Part shown: positions 51,655-64,000 of the stretch, in pieces
Layout of the letters: each line of letters begins with the position of its first letter
Position numbering within the stretch: the stretch's first letter is position 1
Assembly: GCA_965235115.1 (NCBI GenBank)
Contig: OZ249447.1
Location: forward strand, 9,672,001 to 9,736,000
DNA length: 64,000 nt
Direction: 5' to 3'
Origin: Laetmonice hystrix
Lineage: Eukaryota
Notes under the pieces: generated by a model
Database searches by the model: none
What the model was told of the DNA's origin: nothing
The model's input: the letters and a program-made list of their open reading frames with translations, nothing else
Translations under genes and position numbers: made by a program

Positions 51655-54600
51655 GAGTGTAAGAACGGCAGGTTTGAGATTTAAGTCTTCCCTTGGTAAC
51701 ATCAGTGTCACATTCAGGTAATATTCGCCCTCCTAAACCAGTACCATCGTCTCAAACACTGAAATGTTTTTGAAGTCTCTCAAACAAATGCTGCCGTCCT
51801 CGTTCATATTGTGATAACGTTCTGTGCCGTGCTTACACTACTTGGCGTTGCTCCCTTGACGCTGTTGCAGCTGCTGTTTCATAAGAAGGAAGCCAAAGTG
51901 GAGGCGGAAGTCTGTCAGCCAAGGGGTCCTACCTATGGGTGTGGAATATCAATATGCCACAAGGGTCCCCGGTTGAGATTGACCAGAGTACCTTGGGCTT
52001 TGCATCGAGGCAGGCCGGCGGTATATACCCGCGAGATTTACTGGCGGTAAAGCGGCCTTCGAGTCTGGCGGCCTGGGACTGTTGGCTACCTAACGCTAGG
52101 TGGGGCTGTGGTTCCGCTGGGACCACCCGTACCCAGTACAAAAGCCGCATGGTCCCACATTAAATAAAGCGCGAGAAGAACGCGAAGCAATTTGGGCAAG
52201 TCGTTCAACAGCACATGCACACTGTCGTAGGTCGGTACTAAATATATGTATAAGTGAGTCAAAGCCAGCGCATAGTCTCGTGCCCAAGTTGTCGGAAAGG
52301 GTGATTAATTTTAATCTATGTATTTACATCGATTTTGGTTACAATAATACACACTCCACTTCAACGGCCGATGAAAATTGGCATGGCAAGGTTAGAAGGC
52401 CAATACAGATATAAAGGTGAACGATGAATTATGCGAAATTTGCAACGGATGGAGGTAACCCTGACTTATTTTCCCATGTTGGCCATTCATTTCCTGTCCA
52501 TACCTTTGGTCCGACACCCACGATAAAGATATATTTGTGTCGACCTAAAGTATTATTTGGGGGCTCTCATGAATAACACGAGGAGCAATGTTAACTTTCA
52601 TCTTAAGCAATGGATACCCAGCTCTGGTGGCAAACTTTCACTTGTCACTGGTAGATTGTATGTAGATGATCTATTGGGACAAGCAGGAGTGCGCTCCTCC
52701 ACTGATTGTAGGCCTTATTTTAGTGGTAGATCCCCTGCGCCTCAACCATCAGTGCACATTTGGCTTCAGTGCCGAAACAATGGGTAACACAATGCCTCTG
52801 AGGATGTAAGCCGGGAATGCCAATCCAAAACACTACCTATTGAGAGTAATAACTGTTTCCGGGCCCTAACCATCACGTGCGGCGGGAAATAACCTGATTT
52901 TACTTTGACTAAAACCTGCCCTTGGAAGGGATTAGGGCCCTGGAATGGTGAAAGGCAGTGGAAAGCCTAATACAGCCGTATTTCGATCCCCTTTAATTGC
53001 ACACCTGTTGAGGAAAGGGCAAATTTGATGATGCGTTTTCTGTCGGGTTAATGGGGCCGGGACCAAGTTATTGCGATGCGGTCGGGAACAAATGAAGCCA
53101 ATTAGAATGGCACACCCCGCACGCCTGAAGCCACACTGCCCCGACCACGTGTAAGACGGTTCGCTGGATGGCAACAGCGAAGCGTAATCGACGGCGTCTT
53201 ACGACGTACAGTAGGACGCGCGAGAATCAATGAGCAGACGATCAGGGGTCTCTCCGTGTAAAATGAGGAAAGATCGGAGCGGGTGAGGGCTATGTATCGG
53301 CTGGATCCCACGGGCGAGGCGTGGGGCTGCTATCGGGGGGCTCCATCGGCGCCGACCGACAGCCAACCCTGGGGGGAAGTCACCGGGGACACTGGTAACT
53401 CGGTGGCCTTGTCGTTTTCCCTTCCTATCGTGGACGTAAGCGGGTGATAACATAAGACGGACAGAGCTGCCTCCAGCTGCTTGGCACCTCCGCGGTCAGA
53501 AAACCAGCAGGTTTGATCTCAGTGCCCTTCGTCCATCGTCGGAGTGACAAACATCAACCATTAAGGTTGGCCTCGGAAGCCGGTGGTCTAATTCTTGTTG
53601 ACACCGGTCGACACCCTGCAGGAAAAACCGGATCGACCAGGCAATACATTACCCACTGGGCTTCGTCATCACCACGGCTCCACACCATCGACTACCTTTG
53701 CAAACCGACCGCACCATACACTATACATGTAGTTGTGATAGTAAGGACCCAACTCAGAATCATTAAAGGTGCAGTGTTGTGGTCCCAGTTCCCGCTTCCA
53801 GTAACTGATGTTAGTACTTGGGTTCTAGAGATGTCATTTGTCATCGAGAACTGTCAATGATGATTTAACGCCTTGCGTATTCCCAGTGTGACTATTGGTG
53901 ACCTTAGAAGTTCAAATACGACCTAGTGAACTGTGCTCGGTTTTAATTTTGATAGGATTGCCTCGGAATCGTAGTGCCTGTAGGGGATATTGATAGAGAT
54001 ATTACCCGTCGATCTTCAAGACTTTCCATTTCAGCTGTCTCTTTTGACGACATGCTGACCTGCAACCGGTCGACTCACTGTCACCTCCTTGGCGTCACGT
54101 GAGGCAATATGGCGGGGCTGGCATGCCAGAGAAACCGAGACGGGAAATGTTTATGACACAAACGTAATTCCGTGAAACTCCTGTCTCTGATACCTGTCGG
54201 CCGTCAATGAAGGACAAATGAAACTTTATTATCAACGCAGCACCAAGACTCTTTTTTAAAGCCTTTCCCGGTCATTCATTAATCTCGATAATGCATTCCT
54301 ATTATTGGCGGAGTCCGTCCTTGTGTACACATACGTTTCTCTTCATTACTTATAGGTGCTACTTGAGCAGAATATAATCTTTGCTAACTATTGGTATTCA
54401 CGGCGAAAAATGTTCAGGCGCATTCGGTTATTGCTTCCCATTCCATCTATTTACACAGAAACGTGTGATTAGGCGGAACCAGTCGGGCAAAAGGAAGATA
54501 CAAAAACTGCTTGTATCGCATTTGAAACAGAATAGTGCCCAAAATACAGTGTGTCGCCTTGGAAAGACACAAAGAGTGAGCGTGCTGTGGACAGAAAGGC

Positions 54601-56370
54601 TCAAATTAGAGGCGAAATTGGACCTGTGTGTGGACACGGATTATGGTCTGAGTCAACGGTCTAGAATTCATGTTGAGGTCACAGGATCGTGAAATGATAA
54701 TACGAATCACAGTTAAAGAGAACATTCCCTTATCCAGCGGCTTTTTATACACACCGCGTACAACCACATAGCTTGGGCTTTCCCTTTCCATCCAAAGAAG
54801 ACCATCTATTAGTCTATAGACAGAGCGTAGATCTAATCTCCCCCACTTGTTTGCTGGAGGATTTGACCGATTGAAGCTCAATGCCATCTGCCAAGTGCAT
54901 CCCGCCTTAGCCGCAGTAGACCGTGAGCGGCTTCTTTTTCTTCTCCTTTTTTCAGCCTCTGCGCTGAGCACAAATGACGGGCGGTGTGTCCCCACTAAAG
55001 GGCCGCGGGTTCAAAAATAGATAATGAGACAAGTTATTTGATCGCGATTTAAGTTTACGCCTTGCTGGGTCGAACGAAAGGACCGGCGTGCAGAAAACGC
55101 CAGCTTCATTGCGAGTCTGCCTGTCTTGTGTTTTTGGCTGGCGGCAGCGTGCGGAAGACGTGGCAGCACGGGGCCGTAGATAGAGATGTCCCGAGGCCAC
55201 GCGTGCCGAATCTTTGTTTCTCAGTCCCTAGATTTTACACCGAGCACCCAAGTTTTTGGTGTTTGCAGAGGAAACCGTTTAAAGCTAAACGATAATTGCT
55301 CACGGTGTGTCTCTCGTAGCTTTCCGCTTTGCGATTTTGAAATTTCTTTCTTGGCTGCACCCTACCCGAGTCTCGCGAGGCTCGAGATTTATCGGACGAG
55401 ATGTCATGGCCGACTACGTCTACATATAGCCAGACGTGTAGCCGGTGTTTCTCCGGTCATGTCGGAGCTTAAACGTGATTGGTTGTGCAGTCCAGGAGCT
55501 TCACGATCCTCGGTATAAGTCCCAAAGGTCAATTAGCAGGGCAATGCAGGCTTTAAGCTTGTCGATCCGAGCAATGGTCACTTTTCTAAGCAGCAAACCA
55601 TATGGCGGTGGCTTCTCGAGGTGAGCGACTGATAGGCGATTAGCTACCAAGTGGGCCAGTCGCCGTCGGGCTGAAAGTCCATTTAGCACGTATGCCAGGA
55701 CTGGTTGCGACCACGTGTCTGACACGAAGCATGGCCATTAATTACGTATTCTGTTAGCACAGTCCTGACCATGGTCCACGCGGCTACTCGAGCCTGACGT
55801 TTCACATGTCAAGTAGTGCACGTGCTATTTGAACAAGATGCCGAGCGCAACCGACTGATGTCGCATTTCTAGAAATCCGTCGAGAAATCCGTCTCATTTC
55901 CATGTATTGGAGAATAACCCCTAGGCACTTTCTTACTTGGCAGGAAATGGACGGAGTTAGGATTAAAAGGAGTCTGTTGTTCCGGGGAGATCTTGACGTT
56001 GTCAGTACTACGGCCTTAACTAAATGTCACGAAGGTTATTAACCGAAAATAGCCTCTGTGTAGACGCTGGTTGTTTTCCATTGAATCCTCTCCATGGAAC
56101 ATAACAGAAGTCAAGGTGTTTTCAGCCCAAGGTGTCTCCTTTTCGGGTACATTTTGCTCTAATGTGGGTACGAAGCAAATGGCATGACTTCTACATTGCT
56201 ACATTTACATAATGTTTCCTACAAGTGAAATTTTTCTTTTCTTTTCAAATGGCGCAATCTCCGCCGTCACAGATACCGTTCACCCAAAGGGGCCAAACGA
56301 GCGTCTCCTCGACAGATATTGACAAATGGTTCTCTCCATGGGAATTCCTGCCCACTAACCCGGCAAAGTA

Positions 56371-56409
56371 CCGCCATTTTAGTCACGTGACCCATTAGTT
56401 TCCGATTGG
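56371..56409. promoter_or_regulatory. Cluster of housekeeping-promoter-like motifs
   Basis: CCGCCATTTT (YY1-like, 56371-56380), palindromic GTCACGTGAC (E-box/CLEAR-type, 56382-56391) and ATTGG CCAAT box (56405-56409) within 40 bp. No associated gene identified. Confidence 0.35.
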
Positions 56410-59400
56410 CTCAAGGAAGGTCAGAGTGAAGGTCGCCATGTGGCAGGGGTCTGACACAATGTGGACTTGGAGAAGTACCTGATGGGAGTCCTAGCTGACT
56501 CCAGGGAAATGTGCCTATTCGGTATTTCATGGTGGCCATGAAAAGAGGAAATTCTGTTTCGTCAGAACTTAATTAACAAAAAGTCCCTTTGGTCTATGAG
56601 GAGGCGGGTGCCGAACAGTGTTTTTGCATTGCGTGAAATTGACTGCGCGAATGGCATTGTGGAACATTGAATGTTGTTTGTTAATTCTTAGGCTTCCAAG
56701 GAGCCGCGTCGACGCTGTAGAAACGCTAGCTAAATCAACATCCAGTTTAACATAAATTAATTTTTCTATCTAAGTAGGTTCCATAAATGTGCACAGCGAA
56801 AAGAAGATATCTAAGTCGTTTTCTATACAGTAAACTCTATTTTCCTGTGTTACCGTATCGTGGCGTCATTAAGAGGAGAATACCTCACATAACAGTGGAG
56901 GTCAACACAATGCCAGACTACTCATAGCGCACGACCCATACAGTTGTAGAGATAATCTGACCGACTTTCAGTATCCTGATTCATTGGTCCAAGTGCTGGC
57001 CTGCCACATTCACTGAACCAACAGCAAGCCGTCACGTGGCCATGATTTAACGTCACGGCAGAAAGAGAAAAGAATGCATATATCACGGGAGGTCGGTCAA
57101 CCCTATTACTACTCAGGTTTAGTAATTACCAGTACATGTACATAACAACACAAAGCAGAGGCATACTTGGAGTGGGGCGGCCGTTTTAATCTTAGTTGTG
57201 GCACAGATTTCAGACACCTCGTCTCTCAGAAGATACCACCAATCTTGCAAATCGAAATTGCCAGCCATACATTATAGGGATATTCCCCTTTCATGTACCC
57301 AACCACAAATGTTTATGAATAGCCGCGAGCTACGGCGGGATTTACCTATGTATATATGGAATAATCCCTCGATTATTGTAATTATGGATAATCTCCTCCT
57401 AGGCCAGTCCATAAACCAGCAAGCTAAACTTCCAGCATGGATAGGACTTGCAAATGAAATATGGTTAGCTTATTGTCATTGATAGCAAATGTTTAGTGGT
57501 TGAGCGATCTATAAGAATGAGAGATGTCTGTAGTATTATGGAATGCTTACCGGGGTTGGATTCGATATGTGGCCGGCTTGGTTTTGTTTCCAGTCGTCCA
57601 TCCATCAGTCAGTTGCCGGCCTATCCATTCTCTATCGGCAGCATTTTATATGGAAAATTCCGGACAAAGCCCGAAAATAGATGGGTAGAGCGATTGGCTC
57701 ACTGTAGATGTTTTGGAGCAGGAAAATCCCATAATAATAGGGGAGAATGGGGAGATAGAAGGACGGTAACCGCAGCGCGGAGACGCAGACACAGTAGCCG
57801 CCAGTGGAACGATCTAAAGATAATCGCGGCTTAATTTCATTGCATCACTCATAGAAGGGCAGGATAAAATCACCACCTGAAGGAGAGCGTGGATTAGGAT
57901 AAGATAGAAGCCGGTAAGAAAGATAGGTCGGCTCCGTGACGTGGATAGTAGCCGTACAACCTCCATCGAGCCTACAGACGCCGTGCATCTCAAGTCGAGT
58001 CGGAGAGAAAACCCAAGGGTGCAGTTGCTAAGTGCGACCGAAAAAGTAGGTCGGCGTGTATGCATATACGTTAGTAAGAGCCAGTTCTCAAAGAACTGTG
58101 GAATAACGCGACGTGACGTGAGGCGAGATGTCTGTGGTAGCGTTTGTATGTGATGAGGACGTATGGATGAAGGGATGGTTTCACGGTCGGTTGGTCAGAC
58201 GGAATAAAATACACTGCTTTATGGGGAATGAGAGGTTACATCAAATGGTGTTGTACACAAAATGGTATCTGTATTGTCTTTCGGTCTGGGGTAATTTTAC
58301 AACAGTTATTGTAGCGGGCGGCTATAGGTGAACTGCACTATGCTTGCATCTATTTCCCCCAGAAAATGTTCATTTTAGCTAGTCAGCTCGTGGGCTTAAG
58401 CCCCCCCCCCCATCTCATCTAGTATAGGACAGGGGATGCTCGTGTTAACATATGTAATTATGCCATATATGGCGAGGTGAAAATAAGCATATGATGTATA
58501 TTGAATGTATTTTCAGGTTAGAGGTTCCTACATGTTCCGTGGGAGAATATAACAGTCACTCAGGCTGGCGTGTTTAACGGCCGTGACGAGGCCCCTTAAA
58601 CCGTAATCCCTCGATGGGGTTCTTCTCTTGGTGATTAAAGGACTACTCGATAATCTCATGGTGCCAGTATAGGAGATTTAGGCTGATCGAAACCACAGAG
58701 TCTCCGTCATATGCGTGAAACCATGACGGATACATGCAGACTGAGTCGTAGATATTTCAGATACCAGCTCCGCTTTCATTTATCTTATCTCTCTGCATTT
58801 CTCTCCTTTCAGACAAGTACGGCTGTTGGAAGAGGGAGTTGATTTTAAAAGACGAGTATAGAAATCTTGTCTCGGCAAGACTCTCTATTGACGTCTGATT
58901 ATCTCTTGTTAAACGCAGATTGTAAAGTGGAACAGCGCTACGTAAGACATCGATGAATGGCGTTGATCAGATTCTGAATATGGATATAGCATTGTGATAA
59001 ATAGTAGAAGAGTGGAGCAGAGGCAGAAGAAAAAGAGAGGAAAAGGGTTAGAGGGTAGAGGCAGGGAGACGGATGAAGAAAGAAGTGGATGGGGAACGAG
59101 TTTAGGAAGTGCTTTACCATGTTGGTGGTGAACTCGAATAAAGTAGCGTCCTCGAAAGCTAGTTCAGTAAAGCTATCGATTTTCTCTATGTCATCTTTAC
59201 TGGTCGGATCCTGCCATTAGAGAATGGCATCCATTTGAAAGGCTGCTGTGGAAATCCTTGCAGACCAAATCAGATGAGGAGATCCAGTGCTGCCCCCGGC
59301 AATGCCTCAGTCAGAGTGAGGAGTTTAACAAACTGGGAACGGCGGGAAGTCCGGCATATTGTCTCCGGAACAGAGTCCTCCCGATCCCCGCACGTGGAGG

Positions 59401-62400
59401 AGTGCTGAGTGAAAGGAGGACTGTGTCCTCCAGAGTTCTCCTGCACACGGCATGGTCATAAAGAGGACCCACAATTCAGTGAGGACATCGACTGTTGAAA
59501 ATTTTCAGAGGTATTTGATAGACATGGTGCTTCGTGTTTATGAGGCCAGACCTGCTTGTTATGTAAGTTTCATCCTGAAAGCGTAGGTGGAGTAATTGAC
59601 AATTATGATCGAGCTAATGAATATCGATGTAGACATTACTTTTCGATCCTCAAAAAGTGTTTACCACAACGCGCAGAACGCTGTAGATCAAAATTTCATA
59701 AGTCGTCGTGTGCGCTGCAGTTGTAAACATAATGCAATTAGAAATGATAAAGTTGGTCATTTGTTAAGGCTTTAATATGCTTATAACACTACAATGTATG
59801 AAGCGAGACGGGGGGAAATCACTGTCTATAAGCCGGGCAAACATTTTACTATTGGATGATATTACCTGGGACCAGTAGAGGTCCTTTCATAACAGGAACC
59901 TCTATATTTGTAATATTGGTCTTCCTATATTTAATAGCTGTACATTAGATGATTGGCGTGAAAGCGTCCCTCCGAATCCGTCCTTAAGTAGAGAATAATT
60001 AATCGATTTATGACCCACAATCAACCACTTACGTGCCAAATGAGCTACCATACATGTCGTTCCCACACATGCCGTACACAGGCGCTGGGTAAATGGAAGA
60101 AGGATAGAAGCAAGCCTAGAGCGACAGATCTTCGAATCCGACAGTATCAGTGCTGAGATTAAATGGACCGTAACATGGTTTAAAAAGATTGCCTAGACGA
60201 TGGGGTCGATGCCGATCCACGTGAGAGATAGCGAAGAACGCCACATTGCTGTTCCCATGAACCGAAGGAACTTGTCCCTTTCAATCGTCCCCGTGGCCCC
60301 GTCTTATAGAACAGAGTCCAGAGGTAGAGAGACTCATTCATACACTCTGGTTTCGGCCTGTCTGTATTTAGTATAGTCCCCCTTGAGTTTCCGTATGGAA
60401 TGCGAGTATTATTCTGAGAATTGTTCGCCGTGATTTGTCTCCTATCAGACAGTAGCACGACCGTAGCCGCTACGCCCTATCACTTTCTGATGAGCTCACA
60501 ACCTTGAAAGGGTTTGAGTTATTTCCAGGGTATACGGATGTGCCCTTCTTAAATCGATTATTTGGTAGTGCCCTTTCTACCGTCCGCCGGTCGTCGCGCC
60601 TTGCATGCGTGTGCGAGGTCCCAGTGGAAACAATGGGGATCAATAGACAATGGCTAGGAGCGTTCCATCAAGTACCCGACCACTGTTCTCGGTATGGATT
60701 TGTTATAAACGGATAATATGACCAAGGCGCCTCTTCGAATCGCATTCTCTGATCTTAATTTAGTTTTACTTCAACATTGCTTCATCAGAAGTACTTATTA
60801 CGTTCGTTTCGTTGGTCTCATCTTGCCTGTCTCCCATACGTGGTGTGTTTCGGTAGAAGGGGTCTTCTCATTTCAGCTACTTTTCAAGTTATTGACGAAA
60901 AAAAGATCGGCACTGTTAAATCTGCATAGCGGTGAAAGAGTAATCTGTAAGGCTTGGTGCAGTCGTCATCCGCGCTTCAGCACAGTTAAATAGGAGCAAT
61001 TCCCATGCGAATATAACTTCAATGAACATCACTGAGGATCCATTACCTCCCTTATTCACGTGGTTCTCCCTGGCGCAGGCCATCTTTGATCTCCATGAAA
61101 CGGATCCAATGCTCATTCTTGGTGGTGCTCTCAGTCCGCTCCCAGATTACAGCGAACTTCAATGTTAGACCCGCGTGTCTCCCTCCTCAACCATCGGCCG
61201 TCGAACACGCCCGCAGAATAAGCCCCCTACGCTCCAAACAAGATTAAGAAGAGGAAAATGTATTTATCTTAGATGAGGAATCTTCTCCATCACATTGAGC
61301 GTTAAGACTTTAATGTGCTGATGTTTGCCTGTGAAAAGCTGCGCGGGTCGGCAGGTTTTAAAGTGGCGTGTTTGAGGACCGTACGTCGAGCCTCTTACCG
61401 TCCGAGTTAGCCGTCCGCTCGCAACTCGTTACTGTAACACTCAACTCTTTACTGTAACACTCATCTCGTTGACGTTAGCAACTTTTTAACGGAAGGATTG
61501 CCTTGCTGATCGCAATCCCCCGTAATATTCGCCAACGCTAACACCAAGGTCTGGCCTTTATCAACGCCAAATTGCGACCAGAAAGGGATTCCACCAGGCT
61601 TGTCCTGATCTTGACAATCCCCAGAATTATCATACCATTAAAACTAATGGAATCAGAGAGGAATTATTATTACTACTTGGCCGCAGGGATTATCTGTTAG
61701 GGCCTTTTACAGTGAACACGATCGTGTGCTGTGATACGGACTGTCTGGTTTCTAAATCAAAGTGCTCTGCGTTGTGTCATGCTAGAGGGCGCTTTGATCG
61801 TGTAATCCGTGAAGCCACACTAGGTGTTAAAACATGAGGTGAGGACAGCCTCATGTTGCCGGTGTTGACTTACTGTGGTTTCTGTATATAAAACGCGCCG
61901 CACTGCGCTGGTGGAGACAATGCCCAATAGCATGAAGTAAACCCACACCGTTAATTTACATGACATTAAAACTTTACCCCTTCATGGTTGAATTTGAGGC
62001 GTGGTTGATACGTTCACACGGCATTAAGTAGAAGGGGGCGTAGGCATTACGGATTGAGAACCGTGATGTGAATAGTAATTGGTTATAGATGATTCCTACC
62101 ACCTGAATGTGTCACCAACCCCTTTTATCGCCTGATCCCGACATCGCCAGTCTGGGTACCAAGAGATGACTGGCTCAAACTGACTTCGATCAGTTCCGCG
62201 TTGTACGATTGAAAAGGTCGATTCGGATATTTATTTGTCGAGTCGATGCTGCAACTCGCAGGAGTTATATTTCAGAGTGACAAGTTGTAAAGAACACGCC
62301 GAAGAATGTCGAGTTGGAATGGAACACGTACAGAAATTTCTGTGGCAACCACGGCGCTCTTAAAGCGAAGGCACTGGCTTCTTGTTTCTTCTGGAAAAAC

Positions 62401-62430
62401 ATTGCCTTTAATAACACAAGGATTGATTAC

Positions 62431-62508
62431 CAGTGAAATAAATTCGGTATTCGTGGTAGGCGCCCACATTAAGTAGTTTGCTTGCCTTCTCCATTGATTG
62501 CACCACGT
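62431..62508 (-). CDS. Weak candidate 78-nt phase 1-1 exon
   Basis: Minus-strand acceptor cctttcttcttttttttcag, donor g|gtaatc; reads DVVQSMEKASKLLNVGAYHEYRIYFTG. No homologue recognised. Confidence 0.28.
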
Positions 62509-64000
62509 CTGAAAAAAAGAAGAAAGGAGGTTTGGAGTTGGAGATGGAAGTGCTTCTATTATGGTTATGGCGACAGAGCAAATGCCCTTCGTCGCTGGTG
62601 TCGTTAGGAGAAAAAGGGCAGAAAACGTGATTACAATTGAGAAACACGAAGTCGTGCTCAGAGTTCTACAAAACAATACAGAGTTGTCATGCCAACCAGT
62701 GGGTTAGTATTCTACGTAATTCACCTCCAGCCGAGACGCAGTGTCCGGAATGTAAACTCTGTTGGTCAGCCCGAGTACATGCTGTGATATAACCTGTTGG
62801 AGGATATCCTGTAGATTTAGAAGGTCGTGAGAGTCATTATTTATTAAACATACAGAGAGATGTAGGCCTATATGAAACCTCCCCTCTGTTTGTTTACATG
62901 ATATGAAACAACCAGAGAAAACGTACAGAGATTTCAACTCCATGTTATGCATGCATACGTATGTAGTGAGACCGTTACAGAGGGAAGCCATATCTGACAT
63001 GATAACGCTTCACTCGTTAAATGTATCATTTTTTACAGCGTGTAAGTGAGTGCGAAATGTGGTCAAGTCACTGGGTGTTTGGGTGGGTGGATGGGTGGGT
63101 TTGGCGATGACGGATGTTTGATATAATATTTCAACCCGGGTCAGACCGACCTACATTAATATCTGTACATGGGAGGTGACAGGAAACCACCCGTGGTGAT
63201 AAACTGACATGAGCAGGTCAAAGGTCAATATTTGTCGGTAATATTACTCCACTAGATGTTTTGGTCTATAGACCTAGTTGATGAACTATTTATTCTGTCA
63301 CTTGTTGATGTCATGTTTTAGTATCCTATGTATAGACGAAGTGCATGTTTTGTATTAACATTCCTGTAACAGTCTCCGGTGGGGTCAGGTTGAGAGTAGA
63401 TTGTATAGAGAGAAGGATGAGTTGGACACCGTACATGACAGCAGTGGAAGTGGGGCCTGGTTTGAGGTGGTCCCGCCCACCGCCTGTCAATGAACGTCCC
63501 CGTGATTAATTGTACGCCCGATTGACGTCGACAGAAGTGAGAAGAAGCCGTCATTACAACTGAATAATGCCAACGGTCGTCAGGCAATCACCAGCCAAAG
63601 GCTAGGTCCAACTAGGGCTTTACTGGTGGCGGAATCGGCCCTCGGCCGGGCGGAAGGTGCCACAGGCCAGAATACCATTCATTAGGTGCGACGGGTGGGC
63701 GATAATCGGGCATAATGAGCACGTCTGGTGGCGATAATAGGGAGTTGTAGGCAGGTGCAAGCTGTAAATCTGAAACCAACTTATTACAGAGACAGCTCTA
63801 GCGCCCGGCTTCCATTGACGGGTGTGACACCCTGTCATATAACGAACTTCCTCTACAAGTCGGTGGTCCCAGGCGGCCTCCCACGTAACTTGTAAAGGTT
63901 TAGTCTCCATCATGATCGAGCCGTTAGTCTGATTAAATCCCTTACGGCCCAGCAGAGTGATGTATTCATGAGCTTACCAACTATCTTAGTCCTGCGCTGT

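Larger units (their letters stand above)
1..64000. other. Mosaic of normal-sense and mirror-sense (complement-only or reverse-only) blocks
   Basis: Canonical splice signals occur both in normal sense (e.g. 58773-58812, 25207-25226) and in complement-only sense (e.g. 10089-10125, 6868-6888, 35426-35431); CpG:GpC is 18:7 in 61-420 versus 7:13 in 43741-43860. Confidence 0.65.

Overview
The window looks like eukaryotic (probably invertebrate animal) non-coding DNA. I see no prokaryotic genes, RNA genes or CRISPR array, and no ORF in the supplied track encodes a protein I recognise; the longest are by-products of tandem arrays. The firmly supported features are eight tandem arrays (units of 24, 29, 37, 45+30/32, 48, 64, ~81 and 185 bp), microsatellites including (CAG)27, three small TIR-bounded MITE-like elements and a 44-bp dispersed repeat. 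Weaker candidates are a few spliceosomal exons, notably a signal-peptide first exon at 23590-23698. The most striking observation is that many sub-kb to kb blocks read as natural eukaryotic DNA only when complemented or reversed WITHOUT the usual reverse-complement. These blocks show mirror-sense splice sites and, in some, an inverted CpG/GpC skew, and there are two exact 12-bp 'complement repeats' in the first 900 bp. They alternate with blocks in normal sense. No known replication or transposition mechanism produces this, so the most likely explanation is a data-handling artefact or a synthetic/model-generated sequence rather than a new biological system. Provenance should be checked before any biology is inferred. 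Block boundaries were judged by eye and are approximate.
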